Of a stretch of DNA of 64,000 nt, positions 16,221 to 25,842 are shown one piece after another. Under the pieces are notes generated by a model. The model had not been told where the DNA came from, did not search any database, and saw only the letters and a program-made list of their open reading frames with translations. Within the stretch, counting starts at the first letter, position 1. Each line of letters starts with the position of its first letter. Origin of the DNA: Pyrinomonadaceae bacterium (GTDB taxonomy: Bacteria; Acidobacteriota; Blastocatellia; Pyrinomonadales; Pyrinomonadaceae); the NCBI GenBank assembly GCA_036389395.1, contig DASVPY010000087.1, forward strand, positions 1,774 to 65,773, in the 5' to 3' direction. The position numbers and the translations under genes are program-made.

Positions 16221-17354
16221 TTATGCTATGCCGTACGGAGAAACGAAGCCGTCGCAATAACATCCCGGCACATGGCAATAAACTGTATCCCCGTCTTCCT
16301 CATCCTCCGCCTCCGAGTGCATACGTTCTATATGATCACAACGCACGCACCGCAATAGGCCTTCAGCTTCCTCTTCAGATCGGACGCGCGACAGGTCTTC
16401 TCTATATGGTTCATGTTTAGGCACTGCCGTCACGCCTACGTAGGTCACATTCGGGCCTCGATACTCAATGAACTGCCGCGAAGTTGCCTGCGGCAGCCCG
16501 ATGAGGTTGATATCAAACTTCAGAGAAGGCTCGACCCGTGAACTAGCGTTATGAATGCGAAAGGAGACTTGCCAACCTTGATCGAAGTACATCATAAGCG
16601 TCGTTTGCGAGTCGGGCTTCAGGGATATTTCAACAATCCGCGTCGGCATGCGCAGCCTAGTGCCCCAAAGCAGCGTCCCATCAATGTTGAATGACGTGAC
16701 CGAAACCGTACCGTTCTCTTTAATAACCTTGTAGTAGTCAAACCGGCCGAGAAGGTATTTAACCAACGCCTTCGGGACTATCTGCGGTTCCCGCGCGAAC
16801 AGATGCTGCATTTCGGTTTGAAACGCCTGAATGATTGGCATGTAATATCGCTGTTTCTTATCTAATATCCCGCTCCATCTCTCACCTTGCTCCTTGCGCC
16901 GACGGAGTTCATCAAAGATTGGCGAAACCCGGTTAAAGTAGTCGGCTGAACAAGGCACACCTAGCCAGTCGGCGCCAAAATCGATCCGCCCCGAGAGCCG
17001 GGAGTGTTTGACAGCGAAATGGCGATTCTTAGCAGAGATACCGACATCCGCGTTCAGCGCGCTGTTGTGAACGACGATGTCACGCACGTCACCCTGCTTA
17101 CCTAGCTGATCAGATTGCAGGTATACGGAGCACCCTTTCTCTGACAGGCGCTTGTCATGAGCGATGAGAAATAAAGCGGCTTCGTCTGCGGCGGCGTTGA
17201 TGTGCTGCTGCTCATTGACGGAACACGCCCGATAGCACCGCTGGGCCGTTAGCAGGGTCGGACTGGCTCGGAGAGGTGCTGGCAGGTGACGTGAGAGGCT
17301 TGAGGCAAGGCCGTACTCGAAGGCCCTGCCGGAGTCATTCTGTGAGAGTGTCAT
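16221..17354 (-). CDS. Putative type II restriction endonuclease (family and specificity not assigned) with a Cys/His-rich C-terminal tail
   Basis: Overlaps the upstream methylase stop by 4 bp (ATGA). Low GC. Possible PD-(D/E)XK-like GDVRDIVV...GISAKNRHFAVKH. Tail is CVRCDHIERMH...CHVPGCYC. Confidence 0.55.
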   Translation of the reverse strand: MTLSQNDSGRAFEYGLASSLSRHLPAPLRASPTLLTAQRCYRACSVNEQQHINAAADEAALFLIAHDKRLSEKGCSVYLQSDQLGKQGDVRDIVVHNSALNADVGISAKNRHFAVKHSRLSGRIDFGADWLGVPCSADYFNRVSPIFDELRRRKEQGERWSGILDKKQRYYMPIIQAFQTEMQHLFAREPQIVPKALVKYLLGRFDYYKVIKENGTVSVTSFNIDGTLLWGTRLRMPTRIVEISLKPDSQTTLMMYFDQGWQVSFRIHNASSRVEPSLKFDINLIGLPQATSRQFIEYRGPNVTYVGVTAVPKHEPYREDLSRVRSEEEAEGLLRCVRCDHIERMHSEAEDEEDGDTVYCHVPGCYCDGFVSPYGIA

Positions 17355-18226
17355 GCGGCTAAGTTTACATCAGGGCTTGCGATCAAAACCTCTTTCGACT
17401 GCTTGTTCTTGGACATGCCATATATCCATTCAATGGAGACGATGGTTTTATCCTTGTAAAGCTCCCTGACTTCCGGGCAATCGTTGTAAGACATAATCCA
17501 TCGGTCGCGCTTGTGCAGTAAGTCGGCGAGCGCTTCATGGTCGAATGATTTATGCGTGTCCCCCTTAACGCCGTATAGCCCCTGACCATTCAGGTAGGGC
17601 GGGTCTAAGTACAGAAAGGCGTCTTCGTGTTTGGGGATAACTTCCCTGTAGTCGGCGTTCTCGACATGGAAATTATCCACCTTAAAAGATTTGATCCGTT
17701 CAATAGCCGACTGGGTGAAGCGTGGGTGGCCTGGGGACATACCGCCGGACAACGTGGTGCCGGAGAACGATGAGCGGTTTAGGACGAAAAAGGCTGCCGC
17801 TCGCTCAACTTCATCAGTGAGATGGATGAAACGCTTCTGAAGATTATAAAATTGAGTCCTTGTCAATGAATGCAAGTATGGCTCGACGCGGCGGGCGAGC
17901 ATTTCTGGGTCTCTAAGTAGCACGCGCCAGAAGGCGACAAGCGGCTCGAAAATATCCGCGCCGTAAACTTCCATCTTCGTCGTGCAGGCTAGTTCGATAG
18001 AACCGCCTCCCAAAAAGGGCGAGCAAAGTTTTTTCTCGTCCGAAGGGATTTGGGCGAAGATCAACTTAGTGATGGCCTTGACGGCGCGATTCTTTCCGCC
18101 TGGATATCTCAAAGGGGAGCGAGGAAATTTTTGAGGGAATTCCACAATCCTGTCCGAGCCTGAATCCGCTTGCCGGACGAGCACCTGACTCGGATCGATC
18201 ATGTTAGCGAAACTCTGCTGACTCAT
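17351..18226 (-). CDS. Dam-family (D12 class, alpha-type) N6-adenine DNA methyltransferase
   Basis: 291 aa. N-terminal LRYPGGKNR (AdoMet motif) followed by LYLDPPY (DPPY catalytic motif). Low GC. Confidence 0.85.
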   Translation of the reverse strand: MSQQSFANMIDPSQVLVRQADSGSDRIVEFPQKFPRSPLRYPGGKNRAVKAITKLIFAQIPSDEKKLCSPFLGGGSIELACTTKMEVYGADIFEPLVAFWRVLLRDPEMLARRVEPYLHSLTRTQFYNLQKRFIHLTDEVERAAAFFVLNRSSFSGTTLSGGMSPGHPRFTQSAIERIKSFKVDNFHVENADYREVIPKHEDAFLYLDPPYLNGQGLYGVKGDTHKSFDHEALADLLHKRDRWIMSYNDCPEVRELYKDKTIVSIEWIYGMSKNKQSKEVLIASPDVNLAA

Positions 18227-18416
18227 AAGTTAGCATCCTGAGCGGATAGAATTGAACCATCGGATCGGCGGTGCTGCGCGTCAGGGCGAACGATAGCACA
18301 ACCATCACAGTCAGCGCGAGCGATTTTCACTGCACAAGTTGTTAGGTAATGAGGTAATAGCTAATTGGTGGCTATTACCCCATCACCTGTTTTTTGCGTG
18401 TGCTTTTGGAACACGC

Positions 18417-19841
18417 TTAAATGTCGTAGTAGAGCGCGAACTCAAGCGGGTGCGGGCGCATGCGCAGGGGCGTGATCTCGCGCTCGCGCTTGTAGGTGAT
18501 CCAGCGCTCGATCAGTTGCGGCGTGAACACGTCGCCTTTGAGCAGGAAGTCGTGGTCGCGTTCGAGCGCGTTGAGCGACTCGTCGAGCGAGCCGGGCAGG
18601 GAGGGCACGTCTTTCAACTGCTCGGGCGAGAGATCGTAGATGTCTTTGTCGAGCGGCTCGCCCGGATCGATCCGGTTCTGGATGCCGTCGAGACCCGCCA
18701 GCAGCATCGCCGAGAAGGCGAGGTAGGGGTTGCAGGACGGGTCGGGCGGGCGGAACTCAAGCCGCTTGAGCTTCGGACTCTGCGAGAACATCGGGATGCG
18801 GATCGCGGCCGAGCGGTTGCGCGCCGAGTAGGCCAGGTTCACCGGCGCTTCAAAACCCGGCACGAGCCGCTTGTAGCTGTTCGTGGTCGGCGCGGCGAAG
18901 GCGACGATGGCGGCGGCGTGCTTGAGCAGCCCGCCGATGTAGTAGCGCGCCAGTTCCGACAAGCCCGCGTAGCCGTCGCCCGCGAAGAGTGGCTTCTCGC
19001 CCTTCCACAAGCTCTGGTGACAGTGCATGCCCGACCCGTTGTCGCCGTAGAGCGGCTTGGGCATGAAGGTCGCCGTCTTGCCGTACTGGTAGGCGACGTT
19101 GCGGACGACGTACTTGAAGAGTTGCAGGTTGTCGGCCGTGCCCAGCAGGGTCGAGTAGCGGAAGTCGATCTCGCACTGGCCGGCGGTCGCGACCTCGTGG
19201 TGGTGGCACTCGACCGTGATGCCGCAGCGTTCGAGGGTGAGCGCGATCTCGGAGCGCAGGTCAATGAGCGAGTCGGCGGGCGAGACCGGCACGTAGCCCT
19301 CTTTGCCGCGAATCTTGTAGCCGAGGTTCGGGCCGTTGATGTCGTCGCCCACGCGCCCGCTCGACCAGTGCGCCTCGTCCGATTCGATGGCGTAGCCGGC
19401 CGAGTTCTGATCAGAGTTGTAGCGTACCGAGTCGAAGACGAAGAACTCGGCCTCGGGGCCGAAGTTGACCACGTCGGCGATGCCGGAGAAGCGCAGGTAG
19501 TTCTCGGCGCGCTGCGCGACCGAGCGCGGGTCGAGCCAGTAGCCCTGCTTCGTGATCGGATCGACCGCGTTGGCGACGATGCACATCGTCGGCTCTTCGG
19601 TGAACGGATCCATCCAGAAGCGGACGGGGTCGGGCACGAGCAGCATGTCGGACTCGTGGATCGAGGCCCAGCCGCGCAAGGACGAGGCGTCGAAGCCGAA
19701 ACCGTCCTCGAACGAGCCTTCGTCCAACTCGTGGATGGGGAAGGTCAGGTGATGCCAGGCCCCGACCAGGTCGGTGAACCTGACTGACAAGAATTTCGCC
19801 CCTTGGTCGTCGGCGTACTTCAAGGCCGTTTTCGCGTCCAT
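18417..19841 (-). CDS. glnA: Type I glutamine synthetase
   Basis: 474 aa. [15 protein letters not shown]..., [33 protein letters not shown] and RIPMF motifs. Confidence 0.95.
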   Translation of the reverse strand: MDAKTALKYADDQGAKFLSVRFTDLVGAWHHLTFPIHELDEGSFEDGFGFDASSLRGWASIHESDMLLVPDPVRFWMDPFTEEPTMCIVANAVDPITKQGYWLDPRSVAQRAENYLRFSGIADVVNFGPEAEFFVFDSVRYNSDQNSAGYAIESDEAHWSSGRVGDDINGPNLGYKIRGKEGYVPVSPADSLIDLRSEIALTLERCGITVECHHHEVATAGQCEIDFRYSTLLGTADNLQLFKYVVRNVAYQYGKTATFMPKPLYGDNGSGMHCHQSLWKGEKPLFAGDGYAGLSELARYYIGGLLKHAAAIVAFAAPTTNSYKRLVPGFEAPVNLAYSARNRSAAIRIPMFSQSPKLKRLEFRPPDPSCNPYLAFSAMLLAGLDGIQNRIDPGEPLDKDIYDLSPEQLKDVPSLPGSLDESLNALERDHDFLLKGDVFTPQLIERWITYKREREITPLRMRPHPLEFALYYDI

Positions 19842-19974
19842 GATCTCTCCTGAAAGTTGTATTTGGGAGTGTGGGGTCTGCGTGCCGCCCTAATCTGGCG
19901 GGGGCGGCGGCGGTCGGCGTGCGGGCAATGCTTGGGCGGCGTCATCAAACTCACTGCGCCACTAAAAAGCTCGC

Positions 19975-20002
19975 ATTATAGAGAGCCGGGGCGGGCTGTC
20001 AA
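19975..20002 (-). promoter_or_regulatory. Perfect-consensus sigma70 promoter TTGACA-N16-TATAAT directed at glnA
   Basis: The minus strand reads ttgacagcccgccccggctctctataat. -35 at 20002-19997, -10 at 19980-19975. Leader of about 125 nt to the glnA ATG (19841). Confidence 0.6.
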
Positions 20003-20255
20003 GGTTTCACGCGCGGCGCACGGGGCGGGAGGCGCGGCGCGCGCGGCTAAGTCGTTCGCAGGCGTCGGCTTACCCGCCGCGGCGCGGGCGAAAAAAGTTA
20101 TAGACCGGGGCGGCGCTTTTTTGTTACATTGCACGCCTTAGTTTTTCCAACCTGAAACTTGACCATGACGACAGCCGAGCGCGTGCCGCGGCCGACCGAC
20201 CGAGGCGGGCGCGTACAGCGGGCACCGGACGGAGACAAGGGGAGCGAAGCGGAAG

Positions 20256-22202
20256 TTGACCACGGCCATCGAACAGACGCTTGAGACCTACGGCATAGAA
20301 AACTGGGGGGCCGGGTACTTCGGCATCAACCGCAAAGGGAACCTCATCGTGCACCCGTCCGAGGCCGACACCAAGGCGGCGGCGGACGTGAAAGAGATCA
20401 TAGACGACTTGCAGCGGCGCGGCATTTCGACGCCGGTGCTGCTGCGCTTCCCGCAACTCGTCACCGCGCAGGTGCGCAAGCTCCAGCGCGCCTTCCGCAA
20501 CGCCATCCGCGAGTTCGACTACCAGGGGTCGCACATGTGCGTCTACCCGATGAAGGTCAACCAGCAGCGCGCGGTCGTCGAGGAGTACCTGCGCGAAGGC
20601 GCGCGCTACGACTTCGGCCTCGAAGCCGGCTCGAAGGCCGAACTCTACGCGGCGCTCGCCTTGGAACAGTCGCCCGACTCTTTGCTCGTGCTCAACGGCT
20701 TCAAGGACGAGGAGTTCATCGAGCTGGCGTTCACGGGCGCGCGCGCGGGCAAGCGCGTCATCATCGTGATCGAGAAGATGTCGGAGTTGGGTCACGTCCT
20801 GCGCATCGCCGAGGAGTTGGCGGACGAAGGGGCGGGCGGCGACCTGCCGATGCTCGGCATCCGCGTCAAGCTCTACTCTAAAGGCTCCGGGCGCTGGGAA
20901 AAATCCGGCGGCGAGGCGGCGAAGTTCGGGCTGACGACGACCGAGATTCTCGAAGTCATCCACCGCTTGCAGGAGGCCGGGCGCATCGAGCTTTTGCGCC
21001 TGCTGCACTTCCATATCGGCTCGCAGCTCACCGACATCAAGCGCATCAAGAACGCGATGAAGGAGGCCGCGCGCGTCTACGCCAAGATTTACCAGATGAA
21101 GGTGCCGATTGACCTGTTGGACGTGGGCGGCGGCATGGCCGTTGACTACGACGGCTCGAAGACGGCCTTCGACTCCTCGGCCAACTACAACGCGCAGGAG
21201 TTCGCCAACGACGTTATCTACACGATCAAGCAGGTCTGCGACGACGAGAATGTGCCGCACCCGACCGTCATCCAGGAGTCCGGCCGCTTCCTCTCCGCCT
21301 ACCACGCCATCCTCGTCACCAACGTGCAGGAGGAGATCGAGACGGTCGTCGAGGACACGCACCAGCCCATCAAGCTCGACGACGACGACCCGCAGGTCGT
21401 GACCGAACTCTACGATCTGCGCGAGACCATCGGGCCGAAGAACTACCGCGAGTACTACCACGACGCGCTCGAACACCGCGAGGAGTTGTTCACGCTCTTC
21501 AACCTCGGCCTCATCTCGCTCGAAGACCGGGCCAAGGGCGAGGTCTTGTTCTGGGACGTGTGCGAGCGCGCCGACCGCTTCGCGCAGGCCGCCGAGTACG
21601 TCTCCGAGGAGTTCGACGATCTGCGCCGGCTGTCGCGCGCGAAGTATTTGACCAACTTCTCGGTCTTCCGCTCCGCGCCGGATCACTGGGCGCTCGATCA
21701 GCTCTTCCCCATCGTGCCGATCCACCGGCTCAACAAGCCGCCGACCGCCTACGCCACGCTCTGCGACATCACCTGCGACTCGGACGGCGTGGTGGACAAG
21801 TTCGTCGATCTGCACGACGTGAAGCAGGTCTTGGAGTTGCACCCGCTCAACGCCGGCGAGCCGTACTACCTCGCCTTCATGCTCGTCGGCGCGTACCAGG
21901 AGGTGATGGGCAACAACCACAACCTCTTCGGCACGCCGCACGAGGCGCACATCCACATAGACGAGGACGGCTACCTGATCAAGAAGGTCATCCGCGGCAT
22001 GACGGTCGGCGAGGCGGTCGAGAGCGCGCGCTACGAGCGCGGGCAGTTGCACGACAGCTTCCGCCGTCAGGTCGCGCAGCGCGTCAAGCGCGGCGAGCTG
22101 ACCGAGGCGGAAGCCGCCCGCCTCGTCGAGTTCTACGAGTCACGCATCAGCGCCTACACGTACCTGTCGGTCAACGGGCAGCAGAAAAGCCGTAAACCGT
22201 GA
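20256..22202 (+). CDS. speA: Biosynthetic arginine decarboxylase
   Basis: 648 aa, TTG start. YGIENWGAGYFGINRKGNLIVHP N-terminus. PLP-fold decarboxylase pattern throughout. Confidence 0.9.
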   Translation: MTTAIEQTLETYGIENWGAGYFGINRKGNLIVHPSEADTKAAADVKEIIDDLQRRGISTPVLLRFPQLVTAQVRKLQRAFRNAIREFDYQGSHMCVYPMKVNQQRAVVEEYLREGARYDFGLEAGSKAELYAALALEQSPDSLLVLNGFKDEEFIELAFTGARAGKRVIIVIEKMSELGHVLRIAEELADEGAGGDLPMLGIRVKLYSKGSGRWEKSGGEAAKFGLTTTEILEVIHRLQEAGRIELLRLLHFHIGSQLTDIKRIKNAMKEAARVYAKIYQMKVPIDLLDVGGGMAVDYDGSKTAFDSSANYNAQEFANDVIYTIKQVCDDENVPHPTVIQESGRFLSAYHAILVTNVQEEIETVVEDTHQPIKLDDDDPQVVTELYDLRETIGPKNYREYYHDALEHREELFTLFNLGLISLEDRAKGEVLFWDVCERADRFAQAAEYVSEEFDDLRRLSRAKYLTNFSVFRSAPDHWALDQLFPIVPIHRLNKPPTAYATLCDITCDSDGVVDKFVDLHDVKQVLELHPLNAGEPYYLAFMLVGAYQEVMGNNHNLFGTPHEAHIHIDEDGYLIKKVIRGMTVGEAVESARYERGQLHDSFRRQVAQRVKRGELTEAEAARLVEFYESRISAYTYLSVNGQQKSRKP

Positions 22203-22363
22203 CGGGTGACAGGTGACGAGATGAAACCAGACATCAGGAGTCAGAAGCCGGCAGCCAGCAGCCAGAAGATAATGCGCCGGCCGTGCTCTTACATTGTGGC
22301 TTCCGGCTTCCGGCTTCCGGCTTCCGGCTTCATCTCGTCCCCTGTCGCCTGTCACCCGTCACG
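22197..22363. repeat. Composite nested palindrome: outer GTCACC arms enclosing inner CAGAAGCC / GGCTTCC arms
   Basis: ccgtgacgggtgacaggtgacgagatgaa ... ttcatctcgtcccctgtcgcctgtcacccgtcacg. Inner arms: ggagtcagaagccggcagccagcagccagaag versus ggcttccggcttccggcttccggcttc. Confidence 0.85.
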
Positions 22364-22372
22364 CCAAAACAT

Positions 22373-23437
22373 ATGAACAGCGTATCTCAGCGCAGACCGC
22401 GCCCCTCGAAGTACCTGACCGCGCCGACCAAGCCGGTGCAGGTGGATCGCGACCGCTCGGTGGCCGGGCTGCTCGAAAAGATGGAGGGCACGGGCTTCGG
22501 CGGCCGGCAACTGGCGGAGGCGCACCGCATCTGGCTCGACATGCTCGGCGACAACACGACCATCTTCGTCGCCGCCTCGGGCGCGCTCATCCCCGCCGGG
22601 ATGCGCCGGCTCCTCGCCTGGGTCATCAAGAACCGCTTCGTGGACGTGCTCGTCTGCTCCGGCCCGCTCCTGTTCCACGACCTGCACGAGACCCTGGGCC
22701 GGCAGCACTACCAGGCGCACCCGAACATGACCGACGCCGAGCTTGAGGCCTCGCAGATCGGCCGCATGGCGGACGTGCTGGCGAGCGAGGAGGAGTACCG
22801 CGAGGCCGAGGAGTGGGTCGGCGGCTTCGTCAATCAACTCGACCAGACGCGCCCCTACTCGACGCGCGAGTTCCTGCACCTGCTGGGGCGCGAGCTGGCC
22901 GAGATCGCCACGGACGACGGCGTCCTCACGTCCGCCTACAAGGCGCGCGTGCCCGTCTTCTGCCCCTCCATCGCCGACAGCTCGATCACGGTCGGCATCG
23001 CCGCCGCGCGCTTCGAGAAGAAGAACAACTTCAACTTCGACTTGGCCCAGGACGTGCTCGACCTCGCGCAGACCGCCGCGCGCGCCCGCGTCTCCGGTCT
23101 CATCAACCTCGGCGGCGGCACGTGCCGCAGCTTCATCCATCTCTCGGAGGCGGCCACGCAGATCGTCAAGACGCCCGCGCGCGGGCACAAGTACGCCATC
23201 CAGATCGCGACGGACGCGCCGCACCCCGGCGGGCGCACCGTCGGCACGCTCACCGACGAGGCGCTCGTCTACGGCAAGCTCGCGCGCGGCGCGACCACGG
23301 CCTACGTCAACTGCGACGCGACCATCGCGCTCCCGCTCCTCATCACCGCGCTCTCGCAGACCGGCGCGAAGTACCTCAAAGGGCGCAAGCGCCCCAACTT
23401 CATCTTCGCCCGCGAGCTGACGGTCGAAGTACCTTAA
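22373..23437 (+). CDS. Deoxyhypusine synthase-family protein (bacterial DHS-like/homospermidine-synthase-like)
   Basis: ATG at 22373. SGALIPAGMRRLLAWVIKNRFVDVLVCSG and later GGGTCRSF fit the DHS fold. Adjacent to speA. Confidence 0.75.
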   Translation: MNSVSQRRPRPSKYLTAPTKPVQVDRDRSVAGLLEKMEGTGFGGRQLAEAHRIWLDMLGDNTTIFVAASGALIPAGMRRLLAWVIKNRFVDVLVCSGPLLFHDLHETLGRQHYQAHPNMTDAELEASQIGRMADVLASEEEYREAEEWVGGFVNQLDQTRPYSTREFLHLLGRELAEIATDDGVLTSAYKARVPVFCPSIADSSITVGIAAARFEKKNNFNFDLAQDVLDLAQTAARARVSGLINLGGGTCRSFIHLSEAATQIVKTPARGHKYAIQIATDAPHPGGRTVGTLTDEALVYGKLARGATTAYVNCDATIALPLLITALSQTGAKYLKGRKRPNFIFARELTVEVP

Positions 23438-23438
23438 A

Positions 23439-23578
23439 GCAGTGGTCAGTGGGAAGACAGTTCAACGTTCAACGTTCAAGGTTCAAGGTTAGCTGCGCCT
23501 TGAACCTTGAACCTTGAACTTTGAACGTTGAACTCTTAACTGACCACTGCCCACTGACCACCGACCACTGACCACTGC
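23439..23578. repeat. Palindrome of CAGTGGT and GTTCAAC/GTTCAAG words (same architecture as 782-940)
   Basis: gcagtggtcagtgggaagacagttcaacgttcaacgttcaaggttcaagg ... ccttgaaccttgaaccttgaactttgaacgttgaac...ccactgaccactgc. Confidence 0.85.
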
Positions 23579-23732
23579 CTTTTCGCTCTTGCCTTTTGCC
23601 TTTTGCCTTGTTATCTTCCCGGCTAACCCCCCGGCACTAGCTCGGCGTGTTAAGTCCACGGCGGCCGCGGCCGCGCGGCGGCTTCCCGCGACAGTTCAAA
23701 CAAGTCGGTCAAACAAGCTTCAGGAGATAGAC

Positions 23733-25841
23733 ATGCGTTTGCCCATCCGCCTCGCTCTGGTCTTCGTCTCGACGTTCGCGCTGCTGCCGGCCTTCGCGCC
23801 CGCGCCGCGCGCCCAGACGAACAAACTCGGCACGGTCAAGGCCGGGCCGCCGGCCGCGCCGGCCGCCGCCGGCAACTACCTCGTCACGCAGACCACCGGC
23901 GCAATCGTGCCCGGCACCGCCGCCGTGCCCGGCCTCCTCTGCGGCTCGAACCCCGGCGACGACTGCACCTCGACCATCACGCTCCCCTTCTCGTTCACGC
24001 TCTACGATCAGACGTTCACGACCGCTAACGTCAGCACGAACGGCAACCTCCAGTTCGCCAGCAACACCGCCGTGCCGCCGCTCGACGTGTGCCTGCCCAT
24101 CGGCTCGTACAACTACACCATCTACCCGCACTACGGCGACCTGACCGTGGGCGGCGCGGGCGAGGGCATCTTCACCTCGGTGTCGGGTTCGGCCCCGAAC
24201 CGCATCTTCAACATCGAGTGGCGCGCCTCGTTCGTCGGCAACACGCCCGGCACGCTCAACTTCGAGCTGCGGCTCTACGAGGGCCTGGATCGGTTCGACG
24301 TGATCTTCGGCACGGTGCCGACCGCCGGGCGCAACGCTACCGTCGGCGTGCAGCGCGGCACGGGCGCGTCCTTCGTCGAGTTCGAGTGCTTCGGCTCGAA
24401 CACGGTGCGCAACGGGCAGATGCTCGTCTTCACGGGCACGGCCGACGCCTCGCTCTACATCGCCGGGCGCGCGATTGAGCCGGACGGCACGCCGATCCCG
24501 AACGTCACCGTCACCTTGAGCGGCACGAGTTCGGCCACGACCATGACCGACGCCAACGGCGACTACATCTTTTCGGGGCTGACTTCGGGCGGCACTTACA
24601 CCGTCACCGCCTCGCAGGCGGGGCAGACCTTCTACCCCACGAGCCGCACCTTCGGCGGCTCCGGCAACCGCGCCTTCACCGGCAGCTTCATCGTCAACTT
24701 CATCCACAGCGTCCCGCCCAATCCGGGCGACGTGCTGATCAGCGAGTTCCGCTTCCGCGGGCAGGCCTTCGGCGCGTCCGACGAGTTCATCGAGCTGCTG
24801 AACAACACGGGCAGCGCCATCCTCGTCAACGCGACCGACGGCTCGTCGGGCTGGCTCGTCCAGGCCTCGCGCGTCGGCGCGAACGGCTCGACCGTCTCGA
24901 CCATCATCCCGAACGGCACGGTCATCCCCGCGGGCGGCCACTACCTGCTCGGCAACGGCAACGGCTACAACCTGTTCGCCTACGCCAACGCCGACGACTT
25001 CTTCCAGCTCGGCGCGGAAGTGCCGGACGACGCGGGCGTCGCGCTCTTCAGCAGCGTCGGCGCACCCGACGCCGCGCACAAGCTCGACGCCGCCGGCTTC
25101 TCGGCCGAGCCGAACCCGCTCTACCGCGAGGGCGCGGGTCTCACCTCGCCCGGCGCGGTCAACGGCAACTACAGCTTCGTCCGCCGGCTCGTCACGGGCC
25201 GCGCGCAGGACACGAACAACAACGCGGCCGACTTCGTCTTCGTCGCGCCCGACGGCGGCACCTACGGCGGCGTCGCGGCGACGCTCGGCGCGCCGGGGCC
25301 TGAGAGCACCTCCAGCCCCATCCAGCGCAACGCCTTCGTCAAGACGACGCTGCTCGATCCGCCCGCGGGCGCGACCGCGCCGCCGAACCGCGTGCGCGAC
25401 ACGACGCCGAACGTCTGCGGCAACTCGAACGTCTGCGCGCAGGGGACGCTCGTGCTGCGCCGCCGGTTCACGAACAACACGAACGCGCCCATCACGCGCC
25501 TCCGCTTCCGCGTCGTGGACATCACGACGCGCGTGGGCGGCACAGTGCCCGCGGGGCAGGCGGACGTGCGCGCGCTCACGTCCTCGACCACCACGGTCTC
25601 GACCTCGGGCGGCAACGTGACGGTCAACGGGCTGACGCTCGAACAGGGCTTCAACACGGTGACGGGCACGAACTCGATCCCGCAAGCCCTGGGCGGCGGC
25701 TTGAACTCGTCGCTCAGCGCCGGCACGATCACCGTCTCGCAGCCGCTCCAGCCCAACGCCTCGATCCCCGTCGAGTTCCGCCTCGGCGTCCAGCAGGGCG
25801 GCGCGTTCCGCTTCTTCATCAACATCGAAGCGTTGCCGTAA
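23733..25841 (+). CDS. Large secreted protein with a NIDO-like N-domain, a CarboxypepD_reg-like domain and a lamin-tail (LTD)-like domain
   Basis: ATG at 23733 follows AGGAG. Signal peptide. LPFSFTLYDQTFTTANVSTNGNLQF (NIDO-like). VTLSGTSSATTMTDANGDYIFSGLTSGGTYTV. GDVLISEFRFRG...DEFIELLN (LTD-like). Confidence 0.7.
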   Translation: MRLPIRLALVFVSTFALLPAFAPAPRAQTNKLGTVKAGPPAAPAAAGNYLVTQTTGAIVPGTAAVPGLLCGSNPGDDCTSTITLPFSFTLYDQTFTTANVSTNGNLQFASNTAVPPLDVCLPIGSYNYTIYPHYGDLTVGGAGEGIFTSVSGSAPNRIFNIEWRASFVGNTPGTLNFELRLYEGLDRFDVIFGTVPTAGRNATVGVQRGTGASFVEFECFGSNTVRNGQMLVFTGTADASLYIAGRAIEPDGTPIPNVTVTLSGTSSATTMTDANGDYIFSGLTSGGTYTVTASQAGQTFYPTSRTFGGSGNRAFTGSFIVNFIHSVPPNPGDVLISEFRFRGQAFGASDEFIELLNNTGSAILVNATDGSSGWLVQASRVGANGSTVSTIIPNGTVIPAGGHYLLGNGNGYNLFAYANADDFFQLGAEVPDDAGVALFSSVGAPDAAHKLDAAGFSAEPNPLYREGAGLTSPGAVNGNYSFVRRLVTGRAQDTNNNAADFVFVAPDGGTYGGVAATLGAPGPESTSSPIQRNAFVKTTLLDPPAGATAPPNRVRDTTPNVCGNSNVCAQGTLVLRRRFTNNTNAPITRLRFRVVDITTRVGGTVPAGQADVRALTSSTTTVSTSGGNVTVNGLTLEQGFNTVTGTNSIPQALGGGLNSSLSAGTITVSQPLQPNASIPVEFRLGVQQGGAFRFFINIEALP

Positions 25842-25842
25842 G

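Noticed and set aside
18348-18416. Small hairpins (ggtaatagc/gctattacc and gcgtgt/acacgc) downstream of glnA considered as its terminator.
   Set aside because: On the glnA (minus) strand the stems are followed by A-runs or mixed sequence rather than a U-tract. The orientation does not fit a canonical intrinsic terminator.
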